64,000 nt of DNA from Eledone cirrhosa (taxonomy: Eukaryota), in contig OZ024742.1 in the NCBI GenBank assembly GCA_964016885.1, positions 252,960,001 through 253,024,000 of the forward strand, read 5' to 3'. Numbering within the stretch: the stretch's first letter is position 1; every line of letters starts with the position of its first letter. Position numbers and translations under genes: made by a program. This document shows positions 38,143-50,890 of the stretch, one piece after another. Below the pieces are notes generated by a model that was not told the DNA's origin, did not search any database, and saw only the letters and a list, made by a program, of their open reading frames with translations.

Positions 38143-38757
38143 AACCATTTTGTTACCATATTTCTAATGAAACACACTGCATATGTCTTCAAACCATTTT
38201 GTTACCATCTTTCTTGTGAAAGTCACTGCCTATGTCTTCAAACCTCTTATTACCATATTTCTAATGAAAGACACTGCCTATGTCTTCAAACCTTTTGATA
38301 CCATATTTCTAATGAAAGACACTGCCTATGTTTTCAAACCTTTTATTACCATATTTCTAATGAAAGACTGCCTATGTTTTCAAACCTTTTATTACCATAT
38401 TTCTAATGAAAGACACTGCCTATGTCTTCAAACCATTTATTACCATATTTCTAATGAAAGACACTGCCTATGACTTCAAACTATTTAATACCAAATTTCT
38501 AATGAAAGACACTTCCTATGTCTTTAAACCATTTTGTTATATTTCTAATGAAAACACTGCCTATAATTTTCAAATCATTTTCAAAATGATCAAGAATTTG
38601 GTGGGGGTTGGGGGAATTTAGTAATATATCTAACTTTTTCATTTTTAAGCTGGTGTTTGGACATAATTTAACAAAGTTTCTTAGATAAAATTATAAGGAG
38701 AACTGCTTAGTATCACAGAACTGAGGCAGTTTTAGGTGGTTTGGTATCAAAAGGTTA
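38143..38757. mobile_element. MITE-like element with TAACC...GGTTAA ends and an expanded 48-bp unit (~9 copies)
   Basis: Unit ttaccatatttctaatgaaagacactgcctatgtcttcaaacc. A related inverted copy lies at ~43400-43595. Confidence 0.6.
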
Positions 38758-38837
38758 AAAATTTCTGTATTTTCTCATGTGAGTCCATATTAAATAAATG
38801 AATTAAAAAGAAAATTTGTTTATTCATCTCATTTTAG

Positions 38838-38945
38838 GAAAACTCTTCCATAAAGCCTACATCAGTTTCCGCCAGTTTTGTTCAGTACTTCAAAATATCA
38901 ATGCAGACCTTTATATTATTATGAGTGACATCATTCATGGAGCTG
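38838..38945 (+). CDS. SUPV3L1: SUV3 exon 3
   Basis: ttttag|...KLFHKAYISFRQFC...MSDIIHGA G|gtatga; 108 nt. Confidence 0.95.
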
Positions 38946-38971
38946 GTATGATGTTATTATTATTATTATTA

Positions 38972-39605
38972 AAGGGCGGTGAATTGGCAGTATCGGTAGA
39001 GGGTCGGACATGCTTTCCAGCATAGTTACGTCCCTTTACGATCTGAGTTCAAATCCCGCCGAGGTTAACTTTGCCTTTCATCCTTACAAGGTCGATAAAA
39101 TAAAGTACCAGTAATGTACTGGGTAATTGCTGGCCTTGTGCTAAATGTAGAAACAATTATTATTATTATTATTATTATTTTCGTACAAGGCCAGCAATTA
39201 TCCCAGTGCATTACTGGTACTTTATTTTATCAACCCCATAGGGATGAAAGGCAAAGTTAATCCCGCCGGGGTTAACTTTGCCTTTCATCCCTATCGGGTC
39301 GATAAAATAAAGTACCAGTAATGTACTGAGATAATTACTGGCCTTGTGCCAAAAGTAGAAACAATTATTATTATTATTATTAATACTATAGGGCGGTGGA
39401 TTGGCAGTATCGGTAGAGGGTCGGATGCCATGCTTTGCAGCATAGAGTTACGGCCCTTTATGATCTGAGTTCAAATCCTGCCGAGGTTAACTTTGCCTTT
39501 CATCCTTATGGGGTCGATAAAATAAAGTACTAGTCACACACTGGGGTTGATTTAATTTACTTTACCCTCTCCCCCAAATTATTGGCCTTGTGCCTAAATC
39601 AAAAA
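38972..39605. mobile_element. Cluster of Meta-domain SINE copies separated by (ATT)n
   Basis: Four Meta modules, one inverted. Confidence 0.8.
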
Positions 39606-39928
39606 CCAAGCTTATTACATATTTTAACCCTGTCTCTCTTGTAAATGTTTGTCCCTTGTCAAAAGATATATATACCCATTGTAATTTGAATGACTGAATA
39701 AGTTGACGTGAGTGGCAGAAGCCGAAACAATGCAAATTAAATAAATACTTTGTTTGATACTATATCATTATCATCAACACTGCCTAACACCACTGCCACC
39801 ACCATTACCACCACTATTGTGGTTATTACTGTTATTGTGTTGCTGCCATGTTTATTACTGTTGTTGATGTTATTATGGTTATAGTGTTAAGACCAGTTTA
39901 ATGTGTGTTCCTATTCCCCTATTTGCAG

Positions 39929-40043
39929 GTCACATTGATGATATTTTCCCGTATTTCCTGCAACATGCTCGAGAAGTGTTCCCACATCTTGTTTGTATGG
40001 AAGATCTGAAGAAAATCAGTGACCTCAGGTTACCTGCCAACTG
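39929..40043 (+). CDS. SUPV3L1: SUV3 exon 4
   Basis: [18 protein letters not shown]...[14 protein letters not shown]; 115 nt; AG/GT ends. Confidence 0.97.
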
Positions 40044-40504
40044 GTATGTTTGCATTGAATCAGACTATTCAAACAGACACACACATTATACGAAAGTCAC
40101 AACATTCATCACTGGCTTTATTCCCATTACCCAGTCACTTTCATCTTTCCTCAACACATGACTCAGCCATCTCATTCCATTTCTCTTCACAACATTCATC
40201 ACTGGCTCTATTCCTATCCTCCTCTGCAATGTTAATTGTTTGTTTTCCTCTCTGTCAGTGATACTCCACTCATCCACTGCACCATTCTCATTTCGGTTTT
40301 TTCTGCCTTCTCTGCTGTTCCACATTCATTTTCTATGTTTTGTTCCTGTAAATCACGGCACTTCTCACATATGGAATATATTCTTTTCCATTCAATTTTA
40401 GTGATACTTCCCTCCTCTTTTCACGTAATAAATCTATTTAAAAAAAAACCAAATTCCCCCTAAAACCCTAACTAATTCGTTATGTATGTTTGTCATTTTT
40501 GAAG

Positions 40505-40673
40505 GTATCCAGAAGCGAGAGCTCTTCAACGTAAAATTATATTTCATGCTGGTCCAACGAACAGTGGCAAAACATATCATGCACTACAGAGGTTCCTCAC
40601 TGCCAAATCTGGTGTTTATTGTGGACCCCTTAAACTGTTAGCTGTTGAAGTATTTCATAAAAGCAATATTGAG
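40505..40673 (+). CDS. SUPV3L1: SUV3 exon 5 (Walker A)
   Basis: [27 protein letters not shown]...[15 protein letters not shown]; 169 nt. Confidence 0.98.
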
Positions 40674-40829
40674 GTAAGTTATCTTTTACATTCTTTGTTG
40701 TTCATCTAGTCATTAGTCCTTTTCATACCAATCTGGCTCAAATTAGATCTGGTTCTATCAAACAAAACAATCCATTTTAAAGGGTTCCTATTTAAATTAT
40801 TTAAAATAATTTTATCATCTTCATCATTT

Positions 40830-43383
40830 TTACGACTGCTCATATGGGTTAGACAGGTCCTTCTCAGCACAGCATCTCTCCACTCTCTGTGTTTCTTTGT
40901 CATCTCCTCTGTGAGTCACAGCAATTTGAGGTCAGCTCTCACCACCTCTGCCTAGGTTTTTCTCAGTCTACCTCTACTGCGGCTTCCTTCCACTGGCATT
41001 TCTTTACCCATTGATCACCATCCATGCACATCATATGTCTGTACTAATGCCGTCTTCTCTCCTAGATACAACCTCGGATTCCTTTGAAACCCAGCTTCTC
41101 CTTCAGTTCATCCAAGCTCTGCCTTTCTCTCACATTTACATTGCACATCCAACGAAGTATGCTGCTTCATTTCTCTCCAGTCTACGCATGTTTTCTGCAG
41201 CCACTGCTCTTGTTTAAGTACCAGGCAGCATCACACTTCACACACAGGCACCATATAGCCTTCCTTTTGTACATAGGGAGAAAACATTTGTTGTCAACAG
41301 TGGGAGAGGTTCTCATCATCATCATTGTTTAACGTCTATCTTCCACGCTTGCATAGGTTTAGATGGGAATTGTCCCACTTGAGGCAATATTGGTTGTCTC
41401 GCTCGTATGGGACTGTCTGGCAGGTTTTCTATGGCTGGATGCCCTTCCTAACACCAACCATGTTTACAGTGTGGACTGGGAGGTTTTTACCGTGTTACAC
41501 GGCAACATTACAGCGTGGACTGTGTGTTTTTTTGTCGTGACACCTACACGATCTCATTTATTTAGGACTGGATGTTGTGGTACCAACATAACTTTACAGA
41601 GAAAGGGGTGGTGTTGATGGGGGTGGGGGAGTTGAGGTAGTGGGAGGGGGTGTATATTTGATTAAGAGGTGCCTACTGACTGTAGGTTTCGCTTTGTACT
41701 TAGGCAAGGCGGGTTTTCTGTATTACTGCGTAGTGCCAAAGATCTCCGTCCAGTGATATTGTCTTAGAGAGGTGTAAGTGTGTGAGGTCGGAATTTATCA
41801 AATCGTCCCAGGTTTTTTGGGGCCTGCCTACTCCGTAACTTCTGTCAATTTTGATCACCCTGCACTTTTTTATACAGCTGTCGTCTTTCATGCGCATCAT
41901 GTAGCCATACCAACGTAGTCTTCTCTCGAGTAAACAGCATCTGGTCCCTCTTATACGTAATTTCTCACTTAGTTCCTTTATGCTTTGCTGTTCACGTATA
42001 TTACTATTACACATCCAGCGGGGCATGCATGCTTCGTTCCTCTCCAGTCTGCGCAGATCCTCTAAAGTCCTATCCTTATTTTAGCTCTTATACTCTCAGA
42101 CCACCCTCCTCTGTGCTGCCAATTAAGTCACCTAGCTAGCAGAAGCTACCAACCACATCTATGGACCCTTCCTGTGACTTGAAGAGGTTTATATCACTGA
42201 CACTATCCCTCGATTACTCCTGTGCATCTTCTACATACAAAGTCCCCCTTTCCTGTTAGTCTACCCATTATCCCACTACATCTCTTGTGTACCCAAGATT
42301 TACATTGTGTATTCTGTAAGGAGTTTATGCCTACTCCTTTTCTACATATGAAGCAGAGCCATTTCCCTGAAGGGATCAGGGTCCTATCTTCTTTCCTACT
42401 CACTAGCACTTTAGTTTTGGCTAAGTTTACTCTTAGACTTTTTGATTCCAAATTCCGTTCCAATAGATGGAACTTATTTTTTAGTTCTTTTATGGATTTG
42501 GATATTAGGACCAAATCATCAGCATACAGAAGTTCCCATGTACAACCAGTTTTAAACTCCTCTGTATTGGCCTGGAGAACAATGATGAACAGCAGTGGGC
42601 TAAGAACCAAACCTTGATGAACTCCTACTTGTTCCCTGAATTCTTCACTAAACTCCCTTCCTACTTTCACTTTATTGACAGCTCCTCTGTACATAGCTTG
42701 CACTGCTCTCACAAACCATTCTTCTGCACCTAATTTCCTTAAGGACCACCAGATAATAGATCAAGGTGCTCTGTCAAAGGCATTTTCTAAATCAACAAAA
42801 GCTAAATATAGTGGCTTATTCTTGGCTAGGAATTGCATCTCATCTATTTTGACTCTTTCCCTAATTAGTTGCACTATAACTCTTTCATAACTTGGTCCAT
42901 TAGTTTTATTCCTCTATAGTTGCTCTTTTCTAGAGCATCACCTTTGCCCTTGTAGCAATTTGTGATTATATTGCTGCACCAGTCATTGGGTATGATTCCG
43001 TCTTGTATTACCTGATTGATTATGTGGGTTACTAGTTTAACTCCTACTTCTCCTGATGCTTTTAGCATCTCAGCAACTAACTCTGACCATCCCACAGCTT
43101 TATCATTCTTCATCTTTTTGATTGCATTTTTGACCCTGTAACTGTCAACTTCAATATCTGGTCCTTCTGTTGGGTATGTTGTAGGTAGGTTCTCTTCTTC
43201 CCATTCATTCTCGACATTCATCAATCTCTTATAGTAACATTTCCAGGCATCTTTCTTTTGGGCATCAGTGGTGCTAAGTGCACCAGCGTCATTTCTAACA
43301 TATTTTCTCCCAACAACATCTTGATTTACACTAACACACTGCTTTTCAATGCGGAACACTTCATGTCTCTGGTCCTCACATCA
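40830..43383 (-). mobile_element. Stack of RTE (PHD-type) fragments in intron 5
   Basis: 3' pieces at 40830-41310 and 41330-42060, and an RT-PHD segment at 42070-43383 (YADD, CFIC...HKRC...CRRC). Confidence 0.9.
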
Positions 43384-43614
43384 TTGACAGACATAAGAAA
43401 AAATACTCAATACCAAAGTAGAGTTTAAATATTCATTTATTATGGCCAAGCAGTGAGCCTGTGTACTCGCAGGATCATCAGACAAGAGAAAGTTAGTTAT
43501 ATTACTAAATCCATTCAAATTCTTGATAATTTTCAAAATGATTTGAAAATCATTGGCAGTGTCTTCCATTAGAAATATCATAATGGAAAGGTTAATTTTT
43601 CTTTTTTACCTCAG

Positions 43615-43726
43615 GGAACGCCTTGTGATCTTGTAACTGGTGAAGAACGCCGCTTTGCTAATGAAGATGAAACTGCTGCTGAGCATGTGGCCTCTACTAT
43701 AGAAATGTCTAATATTAACATGTTAT
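43615..43726 (+). CDS. SUPV3L1: SUV3 exon 6
   Basis: GTPCDLVTGEERR...HVASTIEM; 112 nt. Confidence 0.96.
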
Positions 43727-43864
43727 GTAAGTATTTCATTTGCTACTCTGCATGTGTATATATATATATATAATGATAAATTCCTATAGAAACTTATGAC
43801 ACTGATCAATTTGATGTGACATCGTTGATGATTTTGTATGAATGAAACAGTTTTGGTCCTGTAG

Positions 43865-44250
43865 AAGTCAGGGAAATGGCCATGTTCGATATGCAGAAAA
43901 GGAACTGGTATAAATTCTATAAAATGCACACAATGTAGATCCTGGGTACACAAGAGATGTAGCGGGATAGCAGGCAAACTAACAGGTAGGGAGAAATATG
44001 TATGCAGTAGATGTACAGGGAAATTAGACAGTAGAAGTCGCATTGATAGACACATTTTTCAAATGCAGGAGGGCGCTATAGAAGTGGTGGATAGCTTCCG
44101 GTACCTAGGAGATCAGATTAGCATAGGAGGAGGGTGTTCCGAGGCCATAGTATCTAGAATAAGGACAGGTTGGAAGAAGTTTAGGGAGCTGCTTCCTCTG
44201 TTGACGAAGAAGGGTTTCTCCCTGCGTACGAAAGGCCGGTTGTATGACTC
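43865..44250 (+). mobile_element. PHD-type RTE fragment
   Basis: GKWPCSICRKG...WVHKRCSG...CSRC...FRYLGD. Confidence 0.85.
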
Positions 44251-44576
44251 ACCATATTCCTGAATGCTGTAAGAGGTGCCTAGAAGAGTTGGTTTCAGGA
44301 AGAGTATCTAGCTGTAAAATATTTCCCCAAAAAGGACTCGGTGATGAGTATGAAGTTTGTTATGAGGCTTCACAGGGCTAACCCTTGTTTTAGCAGAACA
44401 ATAGTCTTAAAATGCTTGTTATTGTATTGTCCCCTGTTCTAGCTAAATATCCTGACTAGTTCCACGTTGTTTTTATTATTTCTTGAAGTATATATCTAAC
44501 TTCCTTTGTATCTCTCCACACCTACATATCTATCACTGGCCTTGCCAAATCTATCTGTTTATTCATTTATTTGTAG

Positions 44577-44746
44577 ATGAAGTGGCCATTATTGATGAAA
44601 TTCAAATGATAAAAGATGTACAAAGAGGTTGGGCTTGGACACGAGCATTGCTAGGTCTCTGTGCTGAAGAGATCCATCTCTGTGGTGAAGCTTCAAGTTT
44701 AAATTTAGTGAAAGAACTAACAGAAGTCACTGGTGATACATTAGAG
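44577..44746 (+). CDS. SUPV3L1: SUV3 exon 7 (DEIQ motif II)
   Basis: [37 protein letters not shown]; 170 nt. Confidence 0.98.
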
Positions 44747-45059
44747 GTCGGTATTTTGAATTTAATTAATAAATAGTTGTAGTGACTCAGTGGCCATAAT
44801 GTCTCAATTACTAATTTCTAAACAAAGGTGTGTAAAGTTTGAATTCTCAAACTTAATCAGTGCTGAAGAAATAAATTTATAAGATGCAGAAAACAACTGC
44901 AATTACAGTCAGTTGCTATAAAATAGCTTATAGAAATTGGGTAAAGACCCCTAGAGACAGAAAAATGTTGCCAGGGATCGCTCCATCTGTAAGAGTCTTT
45001 ACCCAATTTTTATGAGCTATTTTATAGTAACTGCAGTTATTTTCGGCATTGAGCACATC

Positions 45060-45800
45060 ATATAGAGTTCCAACCTGCTCCTTTTCTACATATGGAGCAT
45101 GACCACTTCCTTGCTGAAATCAGAGTCTTGTCTTTCTTATTTACTAAAACTTTGGTTTTTGATAGATTTACTCTAAACCCTTTCAATCCTAAGTTGTTTC
45201 CACAGCAGGATTTTCTTCTCTAGCTCTTCCACAGGTTCACTTATAAGAACCAGGTCTCGACATACAGAAGTTTCCATGGACAGCAAGCCTTAGAATTTGC
45301 TGTTATGGCATGGAGAACTGTAATAAACAGTAGGGGACTGAGGACTGATCTTTGATGACCATCCACCAACACATTGAAATTCTCACTAAATTCATTGCCT
45401 ACTCTCCTTTTACTGACAGGTCCTCTGTACATGGCTTGCACTGCTTTCATGAGCTACTTATCCACACCTAGTTTCATTAAGGACCACAAGATAACAGATT
45501 GTAATACTCTGTCAAAGGTCTTTTCCAAGTCTACAAAAGCTAGGTATATTGCCTTACACTTAACTATGAATTTCTTTTGTTGTTATTTCAGTTAGAAGAA
45601 AGCATATATGGTACTCCTCCCTGGCATAGAACTGAACTGTTCCTCATCTGACTCTTACCCTAATTAGTTGTGTTAACACTCTTTCTGACACTTTCATAAC
45701 TTGGTCCATTAGTTCAATGCCTTTGTAGTTACTCCTTTCTAGAGCATCAACCTTTCCCTTATAGCAGTTAATGATTATACTGCTGCGCCATCCTGTATTA
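45060..45800 (-). mobile_element. Degenerate RTE RT fragment
   Basis: NCYKGK...NYKGIEL and SVLSPLLF motifs with stops. Confidence 0.8.
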
Positions 45801-46798
45801 CCTGAGTCAAAAGGTTTCTTCATTTGTATCAAGAGCATGATAGCCTCTCTAGTGATGGTGACCAACATGATAAATGCACCTAGTATATTATATAAAGTGG
45901 TCGGTAATAAGAAGGGCATCTAATCATAGAAAGCTTGCCAAGCAAATAATTCTTCTGTTAGGTGTAATTTTCTGTAGAGGTGTGAAATATATCCCTGTTG
46001 TTCATTGTAGTTATGGTACTGTGGTGTTGAAGTAGATTTTAGACCTTTTGAGAGACTTCTAATTTCTTTTATGGAAAGGTTTCTTTGGGATAAGTTGATT
46101 GTCTTTGGTTTGTACTACCGGGTGTCGTAAATTCTGTCGATTGGGTCTAAAAAATAAGCTTTCAAATTTGTCATTGCATTGCTATTTCTTTATCCATTGA
46201 CATTTTCTCTGTCATCATCATCTTCCATTTTGGCATAGCTGGATACCTTTCCCTAATGCCAGCCACTTTGTGGCATATACTGAGTCAGGTGTGTTCTACC
46301 ATGCACTTCCACTACCACTTAATAGGGTGATTTGGGGGATTTTTATTGTAGCCCCTGCACTGCCACATCACAGAGAGGGTCTGGTGAATTTTATCCTATT
46401 GTAGCATGTTTATTTTTGTATAGTTTTAATATTTTACATTCATGTGTGCATTGGAAGGAATGATACTAACTTTAAAAAACTTAAATCATGGCAATCTCCA
46501 ATAATTAGCTGACGAGTAAGGGATGTGTCCATGTTTTTTCTGTTGTCTGTCTCCTTCATGTGTGCTCAGATTTTGAATTATACATATATATACACTTGTG
46601 TGTATATATGTATGCATTTTGTTTATTTTGTCCTTCTTAATCCAAGGGCAGCTGGGTGTGAGGATTTCTTTTATTCGTGGATTATTCCGGGTTACAGCTG
46701 GATCTGGATTGGTTGAATAATGAACTTGTTATTTCAAGATTGATAAAATTTCACTCTTATTATATAGATTTTCTCTGATTTTATTTTTTCTCAAACAG

Positions 46799-46850
46799 GT
46801 GCGCAGATATAAAAGATTGACAAATCTTAAGTATTTGGATAAAGCTGTAG
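46799..46850 (+). CDS. SUPV3L1: SUV3 exon 8
   Basis: aaacag|VRRYKRLTNLKYLDKAV G|gtaagg; 52 nt, keeps the frame. Confidence 0.93.
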
Positions 46851-46885
46851 GTAAGGCCTCAGTTATTATTATTATTATTATTATC

Positions 46886-47560
46886 TCAAATCCCACCAAG
46901 GTTAGCTTTGCCTTTCATCCTTACGGGGTTGATAAAATAAAACACCAGTAATACACTGGAGTCGATTTAATCGACTTTCCCTTCCCCCCAAATTGCCGTC
47001 CTTGTGCCTAAAGTAGAAACAATTATTATTATTATTTCATCCTTATCAGTTGATAAAATGAAGTACCAGTAATGCACTGGGGTCAATTTAGTCAACTTTC
47101 TCCTACCTCAAAATTGCTGGTATTGTGCCTAAATCAGAAACCATTATTATTATTATTATTTTAGAAGAGCGGTGGATTGGCAGTATCGGTAGAGGGTCGG
47201 ACATGCTTTCCAGCAGAGTTACGTCACTTTACGATCTCAGTTCAAATCCCGCCAAGGTTAACTTTGCCTTTCATCCTTACGGGGTCGATAAAATAAAGTA
47301 CCAGTAATGTACTGGGTATTTGCTGGCCTTGTGCCAAAAGTAGAAACAATTATTATTTTAGAAGGGCATTGGATTGGCAGTACCTGTGGAGCATCAGACA
47401 ATATGCTTTGTGCTATATGTGTACATCTCTTTACATTCTAAGTTCAAATCTCTGAGGTTAGTTTTGCCTTTCATCCTTACAGGGTCGGTAAAATAAAGTA
47501 CCAGTAATGAACTGGGTTCAATCTAATTGACTTTCCCCTCCCCTAAAATTGTTGGCCTAG
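46886..47560 (+). mobile_element. Tandem cluster of Meta-domain SINE copies
   Basis: Four modules separated by (ATT)n. Confidence 0.8.
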
Positions 47561-48379
47561 TGTCTTAATTGTTTTACTTTTATGGTTTATATTGAAAATT
47601 AGAGGTTCTTAGCTTTAGATGTAATGGCTTCAGTGTAGTTAGGAAACTTTGGATATGCTTCGTCAGTTTTTCTAACTCATCTCTCCTCTCTCTTTCTCTC
47701 TCTGTCTTTCTCACTTTCTTTCTCTCATATATATGGTATAGTCACATAACTCCCGATAGAGTCTTGTAGAGGCGCCATAGTGGCATACAGTGTTTCTTGG
47801 GCATTGTAAACCTGGCAGAGCCCATCCCTCTCTAGGTCTGAACACAGCTAATTTCTTCCAGAGAAGAATTGCAAGGGAGAGAAAAGAAGAAACGACCCCA
47901 GTACGTTTTTATCAACCTTAGTACATATATATATTATATATATTTATTGAAAATATAGAAGCCTCAAAGAATTTTTATGACTATGAAAAAAATTCTAAGA
48001 AATTGGGCATAAAAGCCAACCCCATAGTCTTACACCACTCCTTCACTCTCTAAATCAACATTTAGGCCTCTGCCTGCTAGTATGTTTTCAACTCATGCTT
48101 AGCTCCTTCATCCTCCTCCTTCATATATTACCTCTCTATACAATGTTTTCCTCCTTCATCTTCAGCATAGATTCTATGGTTGAATGTCTTCCCTAACACC
48201 AACCACTACACAGAGGTGCATTTTGTCATGACATCAGTACAACTCTTTACAGTGTGTACTGGGTGCATTTTGTCATGGTCCCAGAACTAGGGAGGTTGTC
48301 ATGTCTTTGATGTGACTGAAAAGTCATCTCAACCCTTTCTTATGTACACAATATATGTACATTGTTATACATTGTATAT

Positions 48380-49272
48380 GTCCGCTTTTTCCCTTGCAAG
48401 GATGGGACGGGAACTGATTTTGGCTTGATTTCTACAGCTGGATGCCCTTCCTAACACCAACCTCATTTACAGTGAGTGCTGGGTGCTTTTTTGCCGTGGC
48501 ACCTCCACGACCACTTTGCAGTGGAATGATATGAACCCCAGTCCCTATCATCTCATTTCTACAGCTGAGTAAACTGGAGCAATGTGAAATAAAGTGTCTT
48601 GCTCAAGAAAACAACACACATATATATAAGCCTGCATGCTCTGATGGATGTGTAATAGTAATATATGTGAACGGCAAAGCATAAATGAATTGAGAGAGAG
48701 ACTGAGCATAAGAGGAATCAAATGCTGTGTGCAGGAGAGGCGGTTGCATTGGTTTGGACATGTGATGCGTATGAAGGATGACAGCTGCATAAAAAGGTGC
48801 AGAGCACTAGAAGTCAATGGAAACTGCGGAGTGGGGAGATGCAAGAAGACCTGGGATGAGGTGATAAAAGCCAACCTTACCCAATTACACCTCTCAAAGG
48901 TGATGACACACGACCGTGACCTCTGGCGTCACGCAGTAATACAGAGTACCCGACCTCCCATGGGTACAAGCTGAAGCATATAGACAATATGCCCCACACC
49001 CTCCCACTGCAAAGTGGTTGTGGAGGTGCCACGGCAAAAAAGCACCCAGCCCACACTGTAAAGTGGACGTGTAGGCGCCACGGAAAAAAGCACCCACCAC
49101 TCACTGTAAATGAGGTTGGTGTTAGGAAGGGCATCCAGCTGTAGAAATCAAGCCAAAATCAGTTCCTGTATGAGCAAGGCATGGTCAGCCAACCAGACAC
49201 TGCCCACAACAGGACAACCTGTCTAACCCATGCTAGCATGGAAGAACGGACGTAAAACGGCGATGATGATGA
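48380..49272. mobile_element. CORE SINE (-, 48380-48620) abutting an RTE 3' end (+, 48630-49272)
   Basis: Same motifs as 18788-19165, then MCNSNICERQSINEL...WFGHVMRM plus 3' UTR. Confidence 0.85.
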
Positions 49273-49438
49273 TATATATATATCATCATCATCATCGTTT
49301 AATGTCCATATTCCACGCTTGCATATATGTATATATATATATATATAATGTAGCAGGTGAGTTTTATTGTAGTACAATAAAGCAATGCAGATATCGGATA
49401 AGAAGCACTCTACAATTTGTAGGACTAGAGTATAAATA

Positions 49439-49723
49439 ATATATAAGATCAAAAGATGGTTAAAAGAGTTCCATGTATTTTATTATGCACATTTCAAAAA
49501 CAAATATCATCATGCAATAACATTTGCGTTTTCGTCAGATAAAATAGGGAGACATGATATGAAGGTTAAAATACACTTGTGAATAGTGTATTTTAACCTT
49601 CATATCATGTCTCCCTATTTTATCTGACGAAAACGCAAATGTTATTGCATGATGATATTTGTTTTTGAAATGCGCATAATAAAATACATGGAACTCTTTT
49701 AACCATCTTTTGATCTTATATAT
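49439..49723. repeat. Near-perfect palindrome: 139-bp arms, 7-nt loop, one mismatch
   Basis: 49439-49577 is the reverse complement of 49585-49723 except for A49489:C49673. Confidence 0.95.
49616..49686 (+). ncRNA. Type I hammerhead ribozyme in the right arm of the palindrome (mirror copy on - strand in the left arm)
   Basis: TATTTTAT-CTGACGA-[stem II]-GAAA-TGCGCA-TA-ATAAAATA: 8-bp stem I, palindromic ATGCGCAT stem III, predicted AUA cut after 49678. Confidence 0.8.
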
Positions 49724-49799
49724 ATATACACTGTTATATATTACTGATAAGGTGTATTTCTGCATTTATTTTCACATTCATTTTTTTTCTTCTTTGCAG

Positions 49800-49928
49800 G
49801 TTCATTTAATAAAGTACGGCCTGGCGACTGCTTTGTGTGTTTCAGTAAGAAAGATATTTTCTACATTAGCCAAGAACTAGAGAAGCGAGGTAGTGAAGTA
49901 GCTGTTATTTATGGAGGTCTACCCCCAG
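49800..49928 (+). CDS. SUPV3L1: SUV3 exon 9
   Basis: [20 protein letters not shown]...[10 protein letters not shown]; 129 nt. Confidence 0.97.
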
Positions 49929-50339
49929 GTTAGTTACTTCTCATACAAAGTTTTAATTCTAAATTCAATGCTATATGTGTCACTGGTGTCAAGCTGTGTG
50001 GCCTTTTGCCTTTTAATTGGACAACATTATATACAGTGTAGAAATAGGTTATATATGAGTTGTGATGTTGCTGGTGCCAAGCTGTATTGCCCTTGGTCAA
50101 CATTGGAGGTGTGTAAAGGGGAGACTAGTTTTTATGGGCAACTGCTGGTCTTCCACAAAATACCTTGCGTAGGTTTGTGCCTTGAAGTGGAATTTCCATG
50201 TGCAAACTCATGGTCTATCATGACTGAAGGGTGCCTTTTATGTACAGACAGATAGACACTGACAGATACACATATTTAATTGGTTGATGCTTCTGCTGTT
50301 ACTTTAAGCACAAGGAATTTTTGTCTCTCCTACTCAGTC

Positions 50340-50660
50340 ACCTTCTACATTAACTACTCATGACACACTACAATGTAGCATCACACATCCTCTACATTAA
50401 CTACCCATGTCTCACTACAATTTAATATCACACACCCTCTACATTGCCCATGTCTGACTACCATGTAAAATCACACATCCTCTACATTCACTGCCCATGT
50501 CTCTTAGCTATGTAGCATCACATATCCTCTACATTCACTGCCCATATCTCACTACCATGTAACATCACACACACCCTCTACATTCACTGCCTATGTCTCA
50601 CTACCTCGTAACATTACACATCCTCTACATTCACTGCCCATGTGACACTACAATGTATTA
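50340..50660. repeat. 47-bp minisatellite, ~7 copies
   Basis: cacacatcctctacattcactgcccatgtctcactaccatgtaacat. Confidence 0.85.
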
Positions 50661-50796
50661 TGACATTAGGTCACAAGCATCATAAATCTACATAAATGTA
50701 TTTTAAAATAAAATATTTTCTTTAACATCACCATTTAACGTCTATTTTCCACGCTAATTTCTAAATACTAAAGGCAAATGTATATTTTATTTATAG

Positions 50797-50890
50797 GTAC
50801 AAAACTAGCTCAGGCCCAGAAGTTTAATGATCCTACAACCTCATGTAAAATCATGGTAGCTACAGATGCAATTGGAATGGGTTTGAATTT
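50797..50890 (+). CDS. SUPV3L1: SUV3 exon 10
   Basis: [12 protein letters not shown]...[14 protein letters not shown]; 94 nt. Confidence 0.98.

Noticed and set aside
39690-39740. Hammerhead-like ggc-agaa-gcc-GAAAC
   Set aside because: No correctly placed CTGANGA and no cleavage triplet.
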